NCBI RefSeq assembly: GCF_009914755.1
Contig: NC_060930.1
Length of the DNA: 64,000 nt
Origin: the human T2T-CHM13v2.0 reference genome, Homo sapiens
Strand: one strand, 5' to 3'
Both the position numbers and the translations under genes were made by a program. The notes under the pieces are model-generated. The model saw only the letters and a list, made by a program, of their open reading frames with translations. It ran no database searches and was not told where the DNA came from. Shown here piece by piece: positions 1-13,979 of the stretch. The number at the start of each line of letters is the position of its first letter. Within the stretch, counting starts at the first letter, position 1.

Positions 1-2872
1 GGGGGTGGGGGGTGTGGTGGGAATGAATGAAGAGAATGAAGCTGCAGGGACAAGCAGAGGCCAGGCCAGGCAGAGCCTTGAGAGTCATGTTAAGAATTCT
101 GTCTTTATCCAAAGGTAATGGGAAGACAACGAAGAGTGTTAGGCAGATGGAAGAGGAAGCTATGATAAGATTCGCTTTTAGACAAGCCTATTATAGCTTC
201 ACAGGTCAAAGAGGAAAGTCCAATTTAACTTCCTCCCCTGTGGCTGAAATACGGGACTGTCCAGTCCCCTTAAGCCATGTGTAGTCATGGTCGGGTGCTG
301 CCAAGGAGCTTTCACACACACACACTGATCTCTTCCTCAAGCCTTGCCTCCAGGAGTCAAGTGGGGCCAGGCCTGGGTCTCTGGGCAGTGACCGTGTGAG
401 GTGCCACGTGCAGACGCCCATGAAAGACGCCTCCGGAAGGCAGATGAAGAGCTCAGCCCGAGGGCTTAGCAGATCATAGACATTAAACCGTAAGTGCAGC
501 CGGCTCACTGCCCCTCTGACTCACAGGGAGTAAATCCCTCCTGGTCAGCACAGTTTTACATCCATTTAGGAAAAGGCTTAGGAGAGCGGAAGTCCCAGAA
601 TGCCACCCACCCCAACAAGAGAGAGATTTAAATCCCACTGCCATTGAGGGCCCAGAGTTTTTTTAAGAGATCAAGCCACTAAGATCCTGAGCCTTGGGCT
701 ATTTGTATGAGCCATATGCTCTCCATTCATCCTTTCACAGGAGATGGCCCACACAGTCTCGGCCCTCAGACCCTAGACTCCTTCCTGAGCCCCCACCCAC
801 CCATGGCAGGGCAGCCAGGACCTTCATGGAACCTCAAACCCGGCCTTTGGGTGAGGGGTGAGGGAAGAAGAAAAATGGATCCACTATGCCTTTGGAAGCA
901 GGGCTGATGTCACCGTGTTGTGGTTTTTTGGCAATAACAGCAACCAGGATAATCAGGTGTTCGTGGGTGCCCCTCCTCCCTGTGCAGGCCCTGAACTGCA
1001 GGACGTTAGGCAGACCTCACCCCATCTTCACATCATCCCCATGGGGAAGGGCTCACCACCCCCCTTTTCAGCTGGAGAAACGGAGGTTCAGAGAGAGCAG
1101 GAAACATGGCCACATACGCTAGATGGCGGCAGAACCAAGGTCTGAACCTGATTTTCCTGAATTCCCAACTCCTTTTCCTTTGCCAAGACCCTCAGCAGTG
1201 GATGAGGGTCACTGTGTGGCTGGAAAGCAAAGCTGCTCCTGCCTCCAGCGGAACAGAACCACAGTGCAGACCCAGGAAGGATGGCCGAGGTAGGGGTAGT
1301 GAGGAGGCAGCAGATGGGGAAGGAAGCTACAGAGGGGGCTCCACGTTGAGACCTGCAGGGGCCTGACAGTACTGTCCAGGGCACAGCCCAGAGTCAGCTC
1401 TCAAGGGAGAAGTGCCTCCCTTGGCAAGAAAGAAGGGCAATCGTGTGGTCAGGAGGCCAACTTTGGCAGCAGGCCAGGAGGAGTAGGAATAAAGTTGGAA
1501 GGCTGAGAGCTGGGAGAACAGAACAAAACCAATAACAGCCAAGAGGAAACAGACTCACTCTGCAGCCATTTAGTACACAGAGACACAAAGCAGCAGAAAA
1601 TAGGGGCTGGTCTTTGTAAAAGCAGCTGCTGGGCGGAATCATTGTTCTGTGTGCATGCCTTGGCTGGGGTGAGGCAGGGAAGGCTTCCAGGTTCAAAGAA
1701 GTCTTCACAGTGTGCATGTGTGAGGGTGACCATGTGCATAGTGTGTGCCCGTGAAGTCACATATGTGGCATGCGGTATGTGTGTGAGTGTGACCGTGTGT
1801 GTGAACAGGACTTCTAAGAAAAGGAGCAATCCTAAAGAGAGAAAGCACTCTAAGACTGTAATCAGAAGGGGTCTGGTCATTTTCTTATTTGTTCGTATAG
1901 CTTGACACCTGCGTGTCAATAATGAAAGTAATTTGGAAAAATAAATTGTCAGAGGCTTGGCTGAAATGTTCACAAGGAGGCGTCACCCTGTTGACTGTCT
2001 GACTGTGTGTGCATTCTCATGGATGCAGAAAGGCCCAGAACCACATTCCCTGTCCTTTTCCCCCAGCCTCAGTTTAATAAATATTTTACTTCCTTGAAAT
2101 GTATGTGTTCATCTTTTCCCACTTTAACACCTCATGGGCTGGATTTCAACAAAGTCTCCTCCCCACTAAGAGTCAGAGCCCAGCTGTGCCCAGGCTCATG
2201 CGCGGGTTTGGGAATGAGACTGTGGACTTCTGAGGAAAAGTGAGACGGAGGTGCCGCCAAGCCCAGGCTGCTGAGTGGGGTCCCTGGGCACCCCAAGGGA
2301 CTTGTGCTGAACCCCAGTTCTTACAGAATAGACAGTTTTGAACAGATTTTCCTCCAGTCTAAGTAAATCAGGAACCTACATTCTAGTGTTGGGAAGCCAC
2401 TAGCAGGCCGTGTGACTTACTCATGCCCCTGAGCCATTTCAGCATCTGTCAAATGAGTTGACTTGGACAGTTTCCCAGTGTGTGCTCCATGGAGTAGGAA
2501 TCCCACAAGACAGTCCAAAAAACTGTGGATTTTTTAGTTGTTTCTGAGAAGCCCTGCATAATTTATCCCTCTCTTCAAGATTCTCACAGTGCCTATTTGC
2601 ATAACAAAGGTTCTAAAAGTTCTGCTGTAGAGACATCTGTTGAAAATGGTCTAAACCAGGGTTTTCCACGTTTTGGTGGCCCTGGAACCCCATTTCACTC
2701 AACAGCCATTCACGTTTCCCAAAATTAGAGTTCAGGGGACTTGCTGGGCCGATGACATCTGAGGCTCCTTCCAGTTTAACAGCCTATGGTTCTGGCAACC
2801 CAACCCGCATGGGTTGTTCAGAGCAGGGCCTCTGAGGGTTTTGATCTGTTTGCCTTCCGCTGAGTAGGACTA

Positions 2873-3268
<396 letters not shown>

Positions 3269-4313
3269 TTATATTCAGGGTTTTTTTTTTTTTTTTTCTA
3301 AAAATAAGAAATCAATTAAACTTTAACATACATATTTATAACAGCACATGTATGTGATTTGTAAGTAAATATGCATGTATTAGAGGTACAGTTTCAAAAA
3401 CTTGTCATTGACAGCAGCGCATGTTCAAAAATGTTTGGGGACTGACCTAGAAAATGTGCCTCAAGATATTAATTTATATTCAAAACCACTAGTTTATCTG
3501 ATGCTTAGTAGAATGGAAAATAAATGTGTAACATGCCACACATGGTGTTTATATCTTAGCTGCTTGTTCTTTTCTTATCTCCATGTCTAACAGTCCTTAT
3601 GTCTACTTCAGGCCTGGAGTATGATGCTTCGTATGTCAATTCAAAATAAACTTCCTAAGGAACTTAGATTTGTAATGTAATGATTTTGAATGCAGATCCT
3701 GGGCTATTATTTCTTGGGAATGTCTCCATTACATCATGAAATTGCATTCACTGTTGTTCACACATATATTTCTGATAATTAAGCAAATTTCTGAACACCT
3801 CTTCTAAGATTCAAAACAGTAAAATGAAACCCAATATCATTATAAAGTTATTCTCTGGCAAATAATTTAAGGAAGACAACTCCCGTATGCATTTTTTTCT
3901 TAATAGTTCAGGCTAGGTTCCTATATACAGTTCTCCCCAAAATACTTGAGTGTAATTATTTAGCAGGTCATCGGTTGTAACCCTGAGAAACAAAGCAGCA
4001 CAATGTGATTTGTACAGAGAATGATTTTACCCACTACGTCTCCAACTATTTATATCTGCCTCAAATCAAAATGCTTTGGCTGAACGCAGGCATCCGAAGG
4101 AAGGCTCATCCCAGTCTAGTTCTGCTCTCAATGCTTGTGACACATAGAGTATGTGTGCCCAGGGAGAGGCTGCGTTCAGTGAAGTAGCTGGGTTCTCATT
4201 CTCATAGGGCGATATCTCAATAGGACCTTAGCCCCCTGGGGAGCCATCCCACTGTGCCACTGCTGCTGCTACTATGCAGGGTAACCTCCCTCCTTTCCCA
4301 CCTATGACTTTAC

Positions 4314-4501
4314 CTTGGCTTGGGCATTTCCACCTGCCCTGTCCATCGCTTCCTCTTGGGTTTTCTGCTCTCCACGAGAACCATCAAGCAAAACAAGAAC
4401 AAAATGAGTCTTGTAAAATAAGGCATTTTGTGGACATCTGTGAGGCAAAAAGCTGCTTTCCAGTAGCCTGTGGCAGAGCAAATCCCCCCTGGCTTGACCA
4501 T
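4314..4501 (-). CDS. GABRR2: GABA-A receptor rho2 subunit, coding part of exon 1 (gene continues leftward out of the window)
   Basis: Translates to MVKPGGICSATGYWKAAFCLTDVHK-MPYFTRLILFLFCLMVLVESRKPKRKRWTGQVEMPKP, the recognised rho2 N-terminus with signal peptide. In-frame ATGs at 4501 and 4426 (113 coding nt from the latter). Donor CCAAG|gtaaag at 4314/4313. Confidence 0.95.
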
Positions 4502-4539
4502 TGATCCATCTGCTGCCTCCTGACGGGCTGCTCTGAGGG

Positions 4540-4850
4540 GCTGTGAGGGCAAGGCTGGCCAGGCTAGTTGTCCCGATTTACTATTTGATACTGACGCCCC
4601 ACTCACCCCCTCCACTCCGGGCCATGACACAAACACCAGGCTTTGCCCTCCCTGCTGATTAGTGATTGGCCATTAGTCGAGAAGTTTGTCCTCATGAAAT
4701 TCTGCTTCCACTGAATCCTAGAATAGCTTTGGCTAAAGCTGTTATATAAAAAATTAAATCTCTTGAACATGCCAGCTTTGTGCTGAGATTATTGGTCCAT
4801 CTTCTGGCTGCATAAAACCAGTCTGTCCCATCCACCAGGGGGTCAGCTCG
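4540..4850 (-). promoter_or_regulatory. Putative GABRR2 proximal promoter
   Basis: Directly upstream of exon 1. Minus-strand TAATCA (4656-4661), CCAATC (4664-4669) and CTAATG (4671-4676). No CpG island. Confidence 0.5.
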
Positions 4851-5699
4851 GATTCCAAGTAGATTTGCAGAGAGGACTTGGTGGACATTTAGATGGGTAC
4901 ATAAATGTGTTCAGGAAATGCTGAGTAAACATGAATGACCTGTTTCCTTAGGGTTGATTTATTTATGGAGCTAAGAGAATATGCTTTGCCTATGAGCAAG
5001 GATACTTCCTTTCTCACAAATATAGATCAACTTTTTCCAGTGAAAACATCAAAGCATAAAATACATTTTTAGTTTCAAGGATGACATTAATCATAGAATT
5101 CATGATTATGTAAGCTTTTCTTCCTACCATAAGCATTAAATTAACTTTGGCCTTTAACCCTAAAATGTATAAAATCAATCATAAATTAGGCTTTATTCCT
5201 ATCCTGGGATATGGAATTAAGCACATTAGAATTGTAGAGATACATGTGGTTATGTCTAACCTACTGAACAAAATAGAATATGTTTAAAAACTACTCATTG
5301 CTTGCTATGTCCTGGCAATGGAAAATTTCATGGTAGAAACATAGGGAGATGAGGACAGAGATCAGGAGGTGGGATAGCCGTAAGTGAAACAGAATTGGGA
5401 TTTTACTATGTATAAATGACAGAATCAAAAGAAGCTCTTTGATTCCCTTAAGCAAAGTGAGATGGCATGATCTACTTTATTTTTGAAATAATTCCTAATT
5501 GGGATCAGTCGAATCAGGGAACTTATGATGACAAAAGAGAATAAGGTCCTGCTCTGAGGGAAGCGAAGAAGGAAGAAGAGAAAGGAAGACAGAAGAGTGA
5601 GATACTCAAGTTAGTTCTGCGGTAGCATACATTTGGTGCCTGTGCAGATAGAGTAGAAGGTGAGAGACAGAAAAGTCAACAATAATATCAAGAATTCTA

Positions 5700-5995
<296 letters not shown>

Positions 5996-6065
5996 CTAGA
6001 GCATGAGCCTGGAGTTCAGGAGAAAGTCTAGTTCTATTTCTAGACTATAGAAATAGATCTGGAGC

Positions 6066-6587
6066 TGTAGAGACCAAGTGAAAGTTTTCCCTTTGCCCCA
6101 TGGAGGATCACCAAAAAATCAACTGACAAAAGGAAGATTAATAGGGGAAAAGGCATACAGATTTATTAACATGCATGGAGGAAAATCACATCATGATTAC
6201 CCAATTACCCAGCATGGTACAGACATTTATATACCCTTTTTCATAAGGAAGAGATGGGGGATGTAGGCAATTCTTTTGAGGGACAGTAAATCATTAGGGA
6301 GGATGAATGGACCCAGGAGGAAAGTGAGGGGTGGAGCTACACAGGAACTAAAGTTGTCTTATACAGATAAAGTCCAACAGGTAATCTCTTAAAGCTGCCC
6401 TCAGAAGACTAGATGAAAAGTCTATCTGGGTGCAGTGAGAACTCCCAGTCTCTTCTCTTCTCAGATGGTTGATTTTTCCTGGTTATTTTGTGAGATCCCT
6501 AGGTAGGGGGTCTTAAGTGCATTTAAACTTTCTTAGATAGGGAAATTCCAGAGAGTCCCTCCCAGTTCTTTGTGCAAGAAGAGCAGA
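6066..6587 (-). mobile_element. ERV1 (MER4-group) solo LTR, left part, interrupted by L1
   Basis: TG start, minus-strand AATAAA at 6162-6167, LTR-like composition; resumes at about 10480. Confidence 0.6.
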
Positions 6588-9187
6588 GAGCCTGACCAAT
6601 CAGTAGGTTAACAAAGAAATTCAGACAGAAATTTAAAAACTTTTTGAAATGAAAAAAAGTACAGCATACCAAAGCCTGTGGCATATAACAAAAGCAGTGC
6701 TAAGAGAGAAATTTACAGTATTCAATGCCCATATCAAAAAAGTAGAAAGATCACAAACTAACAAACTCCTATGGCACCTCAAGGAACGAGAAAAGCAGAA
6801 GAAACCAAACCCTGAGTTAGCAGAATAAAAGGAATAACAAAGATCAGAGCAGAACTAAATGAAATAGAGACCAATAAAACGATACAAAGGATCAATAAAA
6901 AAAAAAGTTGTTTTTTTGAAAAGATAAAGAAAATTGACAAACCACTAGCTAGACTAACCAAGAAAAGAAGAGAGAAGCTCCAAATAAACACAATCAGAAA
7001 TGAAAAGGGAGACATTACAAATGATACCACAGAAATACAAAAGATCATCAGAGTCTGTTATGAACAGCTTTATGCTCACAAACTAGAAAACCTAGAGGAA
7101 ATGAATACATTTCTGGAAACACATAATCTCCTGAGATTGAACCAGGAAGAAATAGACCTCCTGAACAGACCAATAACAAGTAGCAAGATTGAATCAGTAA
7201 TAAAAAAAATCTCCCAAAAACTAAAATAGTCCAGGACCAGATGGATTTACAGACAAATTCTACCAAACATACAAAGAACTAAAACCAATCCTCCTGAAAC
7301 TATTCCAAAAAATCAAGGAGGAGGGAATTCTCCCTAACTCATTCTATGGGACCAGTATCACCCTGATACCAAAACCAGACAAGGACACAACAACAACAAA
7401 AAAAACTACAGACCAATATTCCCAATGAATATAGATGCAAAAAATCCTCAACAAAATACCACAAATTGAAAACAACAGCACATCAAAAAGTTTATACACC
7501 ATGATGAGGTACGATTTATCCCAAGGATACAAGGATGGTTCAACATACACAAGTCAATAAACATGATACATCACATAAACAGAATTAAGGAAAACTATGT
7601 GGTCATCTCAATAGATGCAGAGAAAGTGTTCGATAAAATTCAGCTTCCCTTCATCATAAAAATTCTCAACAAACTAGGCATAGAAGGAAGATATCTCAAC
7701 ATAATAAAGCTCATATATGACAAACCCACAGCCAACATCATACTTAATGGGGGAAAGTTGAAAACATTCTAAGAAGTGGAAGAAGACAAGGATGCCCACT
7801 TTCACCACTCTTATTTAATATAGTACTGGAAGTCCTCACCAGACCAATCAGGCAAGAGAAAGAAATAAAAAACTTCTAAATTGGAAAAGAGAAAGTCAAA
7901 TTATCCGTGTTTGCTGATGATATGATCTTGTTTCTAGAAAACCCTAAAAACTCCACAAAATCCAACCATGGAGGATGATGAAAAATTAAAAAAGACTCCA
8001 TAAAAGCCCTCTTAGATTTGATAAATGAATTTTGTAAAGTTTCACAATACAAAATTAATGTACAGAAATCAGTAGTGTTCCCACACACCAGTAAAGATCT
8101 AGCCAAGGACCAAATTAAGAAGGCAATCTCTTTTACAATAGCTACAAAAATAAAATAAAATACCTAGGAATATATTTAACCAAGGAGGTGAAAGATCTCT
8201 TTAAGAACTACAAAACACTTATGAAAGAAATCCTAGATGACACAAACAAAAATGAAAAAACATCCCATGCTCAAGGATTGGCAGGATCAATATCATTGAA
8301 ATGGCCATACTGCCCAAAGCAATCTACAGATTCAATGCATTCCCTATCAAATTATCAAAATCATTTTTCACAGAATTAGAAAAAAAAAATTCTAAAATTC
8401 ACATAGAATCCAAAAGAGCCTGAATAGCCAAACCAATCCTAAGCAAAAAGAACAAAGCTAGAGGTTTTACCTGACTTCAATTATGCTACAAGGCTGTAGT
8501 AACCAAAGCAGCATAATACTGATATAAAAATCAACACATAGATCAATGGAACAGAATATACAATCCAGAAATAAAGCCACATACCTACGGCCTGGGCAAA
8601 TAATTTATGACCAAGTCCTCAAAAGCCAGTGCAACAAAACCAAAAATAGACAAACGGGGCCTAACTAAACTCAAAAGCTTCCTGCACAGCAAAAGAAACA
8701 ATCAACAGAGTACACAGACAACCCATAGAGTAAGAAAAAATATTTGCAAACTATGCATCAAAGGGCTAATATCCAGAATCTACAAAGAACTCAACAACAA
8801 CAACAACAAAAACAAGTAACTCCATTAAAAAGTGGGCAAAGGACAAGAACATTTTTCAAATGAAGACACACAAGCAGCAACAAGCATATAAAATAAAATG
8901 CTCAACATCACTAACCATCATAGAAATGCAAATTAAAACCACAATGAGGTACCATTTTGCACTAGTCAGAATGGCTATTATTATAAAGTCTAAAAACAAA
9001 AGATGTTCACGAGAATGCAGAGAAAAGGGAATACTTATACACTGTTGGTGGGAATGTGAATTTGTACAACCTCTATGGAAAACAGAATGGATAGTTCTCA
9101 AAGAACTAAAAATAGAACAACTATTCAATTCAGCAGTTCCACTACTAGGTATATACCCAAAAGATATCAAAAAATACTGCACTCATA

Positions 9188-9619
9188 TGTAACAGAGCAG
9201 GAGCTTCACCATCTTGGACAAACACCACCATTTTAAATTTCCCTTGATTAAAAAACAAAACAAAACTGCCTAAATCCAGCCCCAAAACATCAGCCTAATG
9301 GCTAACGTCAGAATAACCAGAAACATTCCAACCCCTAAGATAAACCCGCTCCAACCAGAAACATGCCAACCCGGAGATAGCTTCCTCTCTAACCAGAGAC
9401 ATTTCAACCCCACAGTAACCTTTTCCTCACATAGAAACACTCTGAACCTACAATAAGCTCCCCTCTTCCTAAACCCTTAAATATCCTTAGTCTGTAAGAG
9501 AGAACACTCCTGACCAAAAATCGGCCAGAAGCCCCTCTCAGGTTTATTCTCCAAAATAAACCTGTCTTTGACTGTTGAGCCACTTTTCATGTTTCTTTCC
9601 TTTTTCTTTAACTCTTACA
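9188..9619 (+). mobile_element. Solo LTR (LTR47-like, tentative) inserted in L1
   Basis: TGTAACAGAGCAGG...CTCTTACA termini, internal AATAAA and internal 'ccagaaacattccaacccc' repeats; L1 resumes on both sides. Confidence 0.8.
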
Positions 9620-10015
9620 ATACGTTTATCACTGCACTATTTACGATAGCAAAGACATGAGACTGATGTGCTGCCTCCTGCACTAAGGAGGCAACTTCCA
9701 TACCAAAGATACAGAATCAACCTAAGTGTCCATCAACAAAGGATTGGATAGAAAAAAATAAGGTATCTATTTATGCCATGGGATGCTACTTAGACATGAA
9801 AAAGAATGAAATAACATCTTTTGCAGCAACATGGATAGAACTGGAGGCCATGATCCTAAGTGAAATAACTTAGAAACAGAAAGTTAAATACTGCATGTTA
9901 TATAAGTGGGAGCTAAACAATGGGTATACATGGACATACCGAGTAGAATAATAGATACTGGAGACTTCAAAATGTGGAAGGGTGGAAGGGGGGGTGAGGG
10001 TTGAAAAATTACCTA

Positions 10016-10359
<344 letters not shown>

Positions 10360-10479
10360 TCACTATTTGGGTGATGGTTACACTGAAGGCCCAGATGTCA
10401 CCACTAAGCAATATATATGCATGTAAGAAATCTGCACGTGTACCCTCTAAATATATACAAAGATAAAAGTGTTTTTAAA

Positions 10480-10600
10480 AAGAGGAGCAGACAGGGATAT
10501 GGGAGAAAGGTCAGAGAGAGACCTTGCTTTTGAGACTTATTTCTGAGGCCTTTCAATTTTCAAAGCACGCAACATGCTGAATCATTTTCTGCCCACAACA
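10480..10600 (-). mobile_element. ERV1 solo LTR, right part (continuation of 6066-6587)
   Basis: Resumes after the L1 TSD and ends ...CAACA. Confidence 0.55.
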
Positions 10601-10619
10601 GAGGCATTAGCGTATGGCA

Positions 10620-11302
10620 TGTCAACTTAAAATCATGAGACCCATACGTTTGGAAAGGAGAAATTTATTTCTTATAGAGAATTGTAACCTGCAGGCTGGG
10701 AAACAAAGCCTCAGGCTGAGACAGAAAGCAGGCACTTCTAGGGAGGGAGCATGTTATGGGAGTTTTATACTTGAGGATTGGCTAGGCATGCATATTTGTC
10801 AGGATATGAGGGCTATGAATATTTATGAGAGGAGATCACAGGTGATAAGCAAACATGTATGTCACATACGTCCCATTTTCATGTTAGGGTGGAGACAATG
10901 TTAAAATGCAGCAAAATTAGTCTCTATACCTCAAAAGGTGAAACGGAAGACACAGAAGTACCTTGTGTGCAGCCTTCATGGACAGAACTGCAGAACCACT
11001 CTGCGGTCAGTGGTCACTTATCAGGAAGGAATGCCTTGTCAGTTGTCGTGTGGAAACTGCAGGAGGGGAGGGAAGTTCCCCTGCAGCATTAAGCAATTGG
11101 CTAAAGTCAGCAAAGGAGTGTCTTGTGTTCTTTGTCTTTCTAAGTTTGGTTTCTGTTTAACTCTTAGGAAAGTCTGGCGAGTGTTAGTGAGGAAGGGGGT
11201 TCAGTGAGGCATGACTGACCTTCCCATGGCTGGGAGACATAGTTTTTAAAGTTTTTCTGGGGTCACCTTGGCCAAGAGGGGTTCATTCAGTCAGGCACTT
11301 AG
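10620..11302 (-). mobile_element. ERV1 (MER4-group) solo LTR
   Basis: TGTCAACTTAAAATC start, minus-strand AATAAA at 10664-10669, ...cttaggatttt end motif. Confidence 0.65.
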
Positions 11303-12338
11303 GATTTTTCTTTTATTTTTATTTCAATAGCTTTGGGGGTACAAGTGGTTTTTTGTTACATGGATGAATTCTATAGTGGTAGATTCTGAGATTTTGGTGC
11401 ACCTGTCACCCGAGTAGTTTTTTATCCCTAGCCCCCTTCCCAACCTTCCCTTTCAAGGTCTCTTCTAAGTCCATTATATCACCCTGTATGCCTTTAGGTA
11501 CTCACAGTTTAGCTCCCACTTATAAATGAGAACATACAGTTTTATACACCAACAACAAGCAAGCTGAAAATCAAATCAAGAACTCAATCCCTTTTACAAC
11601 AGCTGCAAAAATGAAAATAAAATAAAATAAAATAAAATAAAATACCTAGGAATATACTTAACCAAGGTGGTGAAAGATCTCCACAAGGAGAACTACAAAA
11701 CACTGCTGAAAGAAATCATAGATGACACAAATGGAACACAAAACCCATGCTCATGGATTGGAAGAATCAATATTGTGAAAATGACCAGACTGCCCAAAGC
11801 AATCTACAGATTCAATACAATTCTCATCAAAATACCAACATCATTTTTTGCAGAATTAGAAAAAGCTATCCTCAAATTCATATGGAATCAAAAAAGAGCC
11901 CAAATAGCCAAAGCAATCCTAAGCAAAAGAAACAAATCTGGAGGCATCACATTGCCGGACTTCAAGTTATACTACAAGGCTATAGTTACCAAAAAGCATG
12001 GTACTGGCATAAAATTAGGCATGTAGACTAACAAAACAAAATAGAGAACATAGAAATAAAGTCACATACATACAGCCAACTGGTCTTTGACAAAGCAAAC
12101 AAAAACATAAATTGGGGAATGGACACCCTATTTAATAGATGGTGCTGGGAAAACTGGCAAGTGACATGTAGAAGAATGAAACTGGATCCTCATCTCTCAC
12201 CTTATACAAAAATCAACTCAAGATGGATCAAAGACTTAAATCTAAGACCTGTAACCATAAAAATTCTAGAAGATAACATGAGAAAAACTCTTACAGACAT
12301 TGGCCTAGACAAAGAATTCATGACTAAGACCTGAAAAT
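11303..12338 (-). mobile_element. L1PB1-like element with 5' inversion
   Basis: Antisense L1 3' end at 11303-11540, then sense ORF2 fragment at 11541-12335 (ORFs 11667..12026, 12119..12334); TSD-like gatttt(t/a)...tatttt. Confidence 0.85.
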
Positions 12339-12489
12339 GATTTTATTTTTATTTTGCAGGTGGTAGTTTAGCTATAGGAAAGGATGAAATCTTCAGGGAC
12401 ATATTAAGAGGTCAAAGTTCAAGCACAGAATCTTGGAGAATCTTCACTCTTAAAGGATGGATGGAGCAGCCAGAACAAAAGCATAGAAA

Positions 12490-12996
12490 TGTCAACCTAA
12501 AATAATGAAAAGTCTCAGGATCCAGTTAGAGTTCATTCAAGTGCAAAGTATGAGGGTGGCCATCAGGGAAGCAGAGCTACACCCAAGAATGGTGATCAGT
12601 TGCACCAAGTGTGGGAAAAAATGAGGATTGTTTATACAAATCAAAACAAAACAAAACAAAATGGTGGTGTTGAACAGAATTACGTTTCCTCTACAAAGGC
12701 TCATGTGTAAGATTTGATTGGCTGCTATTGATTACACTCTAAGAGGGTTGCTTAACATTCTGTTGCATAGAGGTAACAATCACAAGAGTCTCCATTTCCA
12801 ATGTCATTTAGCCTAGGTTTGAATGAAGAATGAGGTGTCTGGTTAGCGTATAACATTTCAACACAAAGGTCAGGAAGTAATGGTCATGTACCAGAGAGGA
12901 AAAACAGCCATGTGCTGTGAGTCAGTTTCCAGGGCTTAACTTTTCCCCGTGGCTTAATAAATCTAGGAGGTTCCAAAATTTTATTTTCTTCTTACA
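12490..12996 (-). mobile_element. ERV1-type solo LTR
   Basis: TGTCAACCTAAAATAA ... ttttattttcttcttACA termini, about 500 bp. Confidence 0.65.
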
Positions 12997-13452
12997 GAAG
13001 AACTAGAAAAGAAGTTGACTATGAAAACCAAAGAAGGAGCTTCAAGGAGGAGGGTAGTCAACATGCAGTGCTGTGAAGAAGTCAAGCAAGGCAAAGGCAG
13101 AAAATAGGTTACTGGATCTGGCAACAGCACATCATTCCTGACTTCCGTAAATGCAGTTTCACTTGTGAAATGCAGCAGGAAGCCAAATGACAATGGGTTA
13201 AATAGGTACTTGAAGCTGGGAGTAATTCATTACAGGGACTAATTCAGTGGTTCCCAAATCTGACCACGCCTCAGAATCATCAAGGGAATTTGTTTAAAAG
13301 TCCTTCTCCTCCTGAAGCCTTAGTAGTGGGAGGCATGAGGCCTATTAAAGTTCTTTTCCATAGATTTTGTTCAAAGGATCTTTCTTTTCCTTACTTCCAT
13401 TTGGAATAAGCTTATAAAGGACTGGCTTGAACCCTAGGATTGTGCCTGGATG

Positions 13453-13850
13453 TGTAATCACCCAACAAGTTCCCCTTGCGCACTGTCCAGGCAAAGCCAA
13501 TTCATCAAGACAGGGGAATTGGAATAAAGAGTTCAATTCATGCAGAGCTGGTTGTATGGAAGACTGGAGTTTTATTATTACTCAAATCAGACTCCTGGAA
13601 AACTCAGCGATCGTGGCTTTTCAAGATAATTTGGTGGATAGAGGGCTTGTTTTGGAAAAGGGCTGTTACTGTCTTTGTTTCAAAGTTAAACTATAAACTA
13701 AGTTCCTCCCAAAGTTAGTTTAACCTACGCTCAGGAATGAACAAGGGCAGCTGGGAGGTCAGAAGCAAGATAAGAGTCAGGTCAGATCTCTTTTACTGTC
13801 ATAATTTTCTCAGTTATAATTTTTGTAAAGGCAGCTTAAGGTGGTGGTTT
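13453..13850 (-). mobile_element. LTR8-family solo LTR with internal deletion
   Basis: Matches recalled LTR8 motifs (ttcatcaagacaggggaattg, gagttttattattactcaaatcag, aaactataaactaagttcctcccaaagttag). Confidence 0.8.
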
Positions 13851-13979
13851 TCAATAAATATTTGTTTTGTTGCATGTAGACAACTTTAGGTCCTACCAAT
13901 TTTTTACTTTAAAGCCCTTTTATCAATAGTTCAATTATTGTAATTACAGTCAGGAGAAAACCATTGTAGGATGGTATAA

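Noticed and set aside
1394-1973. 107-174 aa ORFs in GABRR2 intron 1
   Set aside because: Span a TG/CA-rich low-complexity stretch; no recognisable domain
4502-4636. 45-codon in-frame extension upstream of the GABRR2 ATG in the ORF track
   Set aside because: Starts at a non-ATG codon and probably upstream of the TSS; no support
6033-6057. 10-bp inverted repeat TCTATTTCTA/TAGAAATAGA
   Set aside because: Short, AT-rich and in degenerate repeat sequence; plausible by chance
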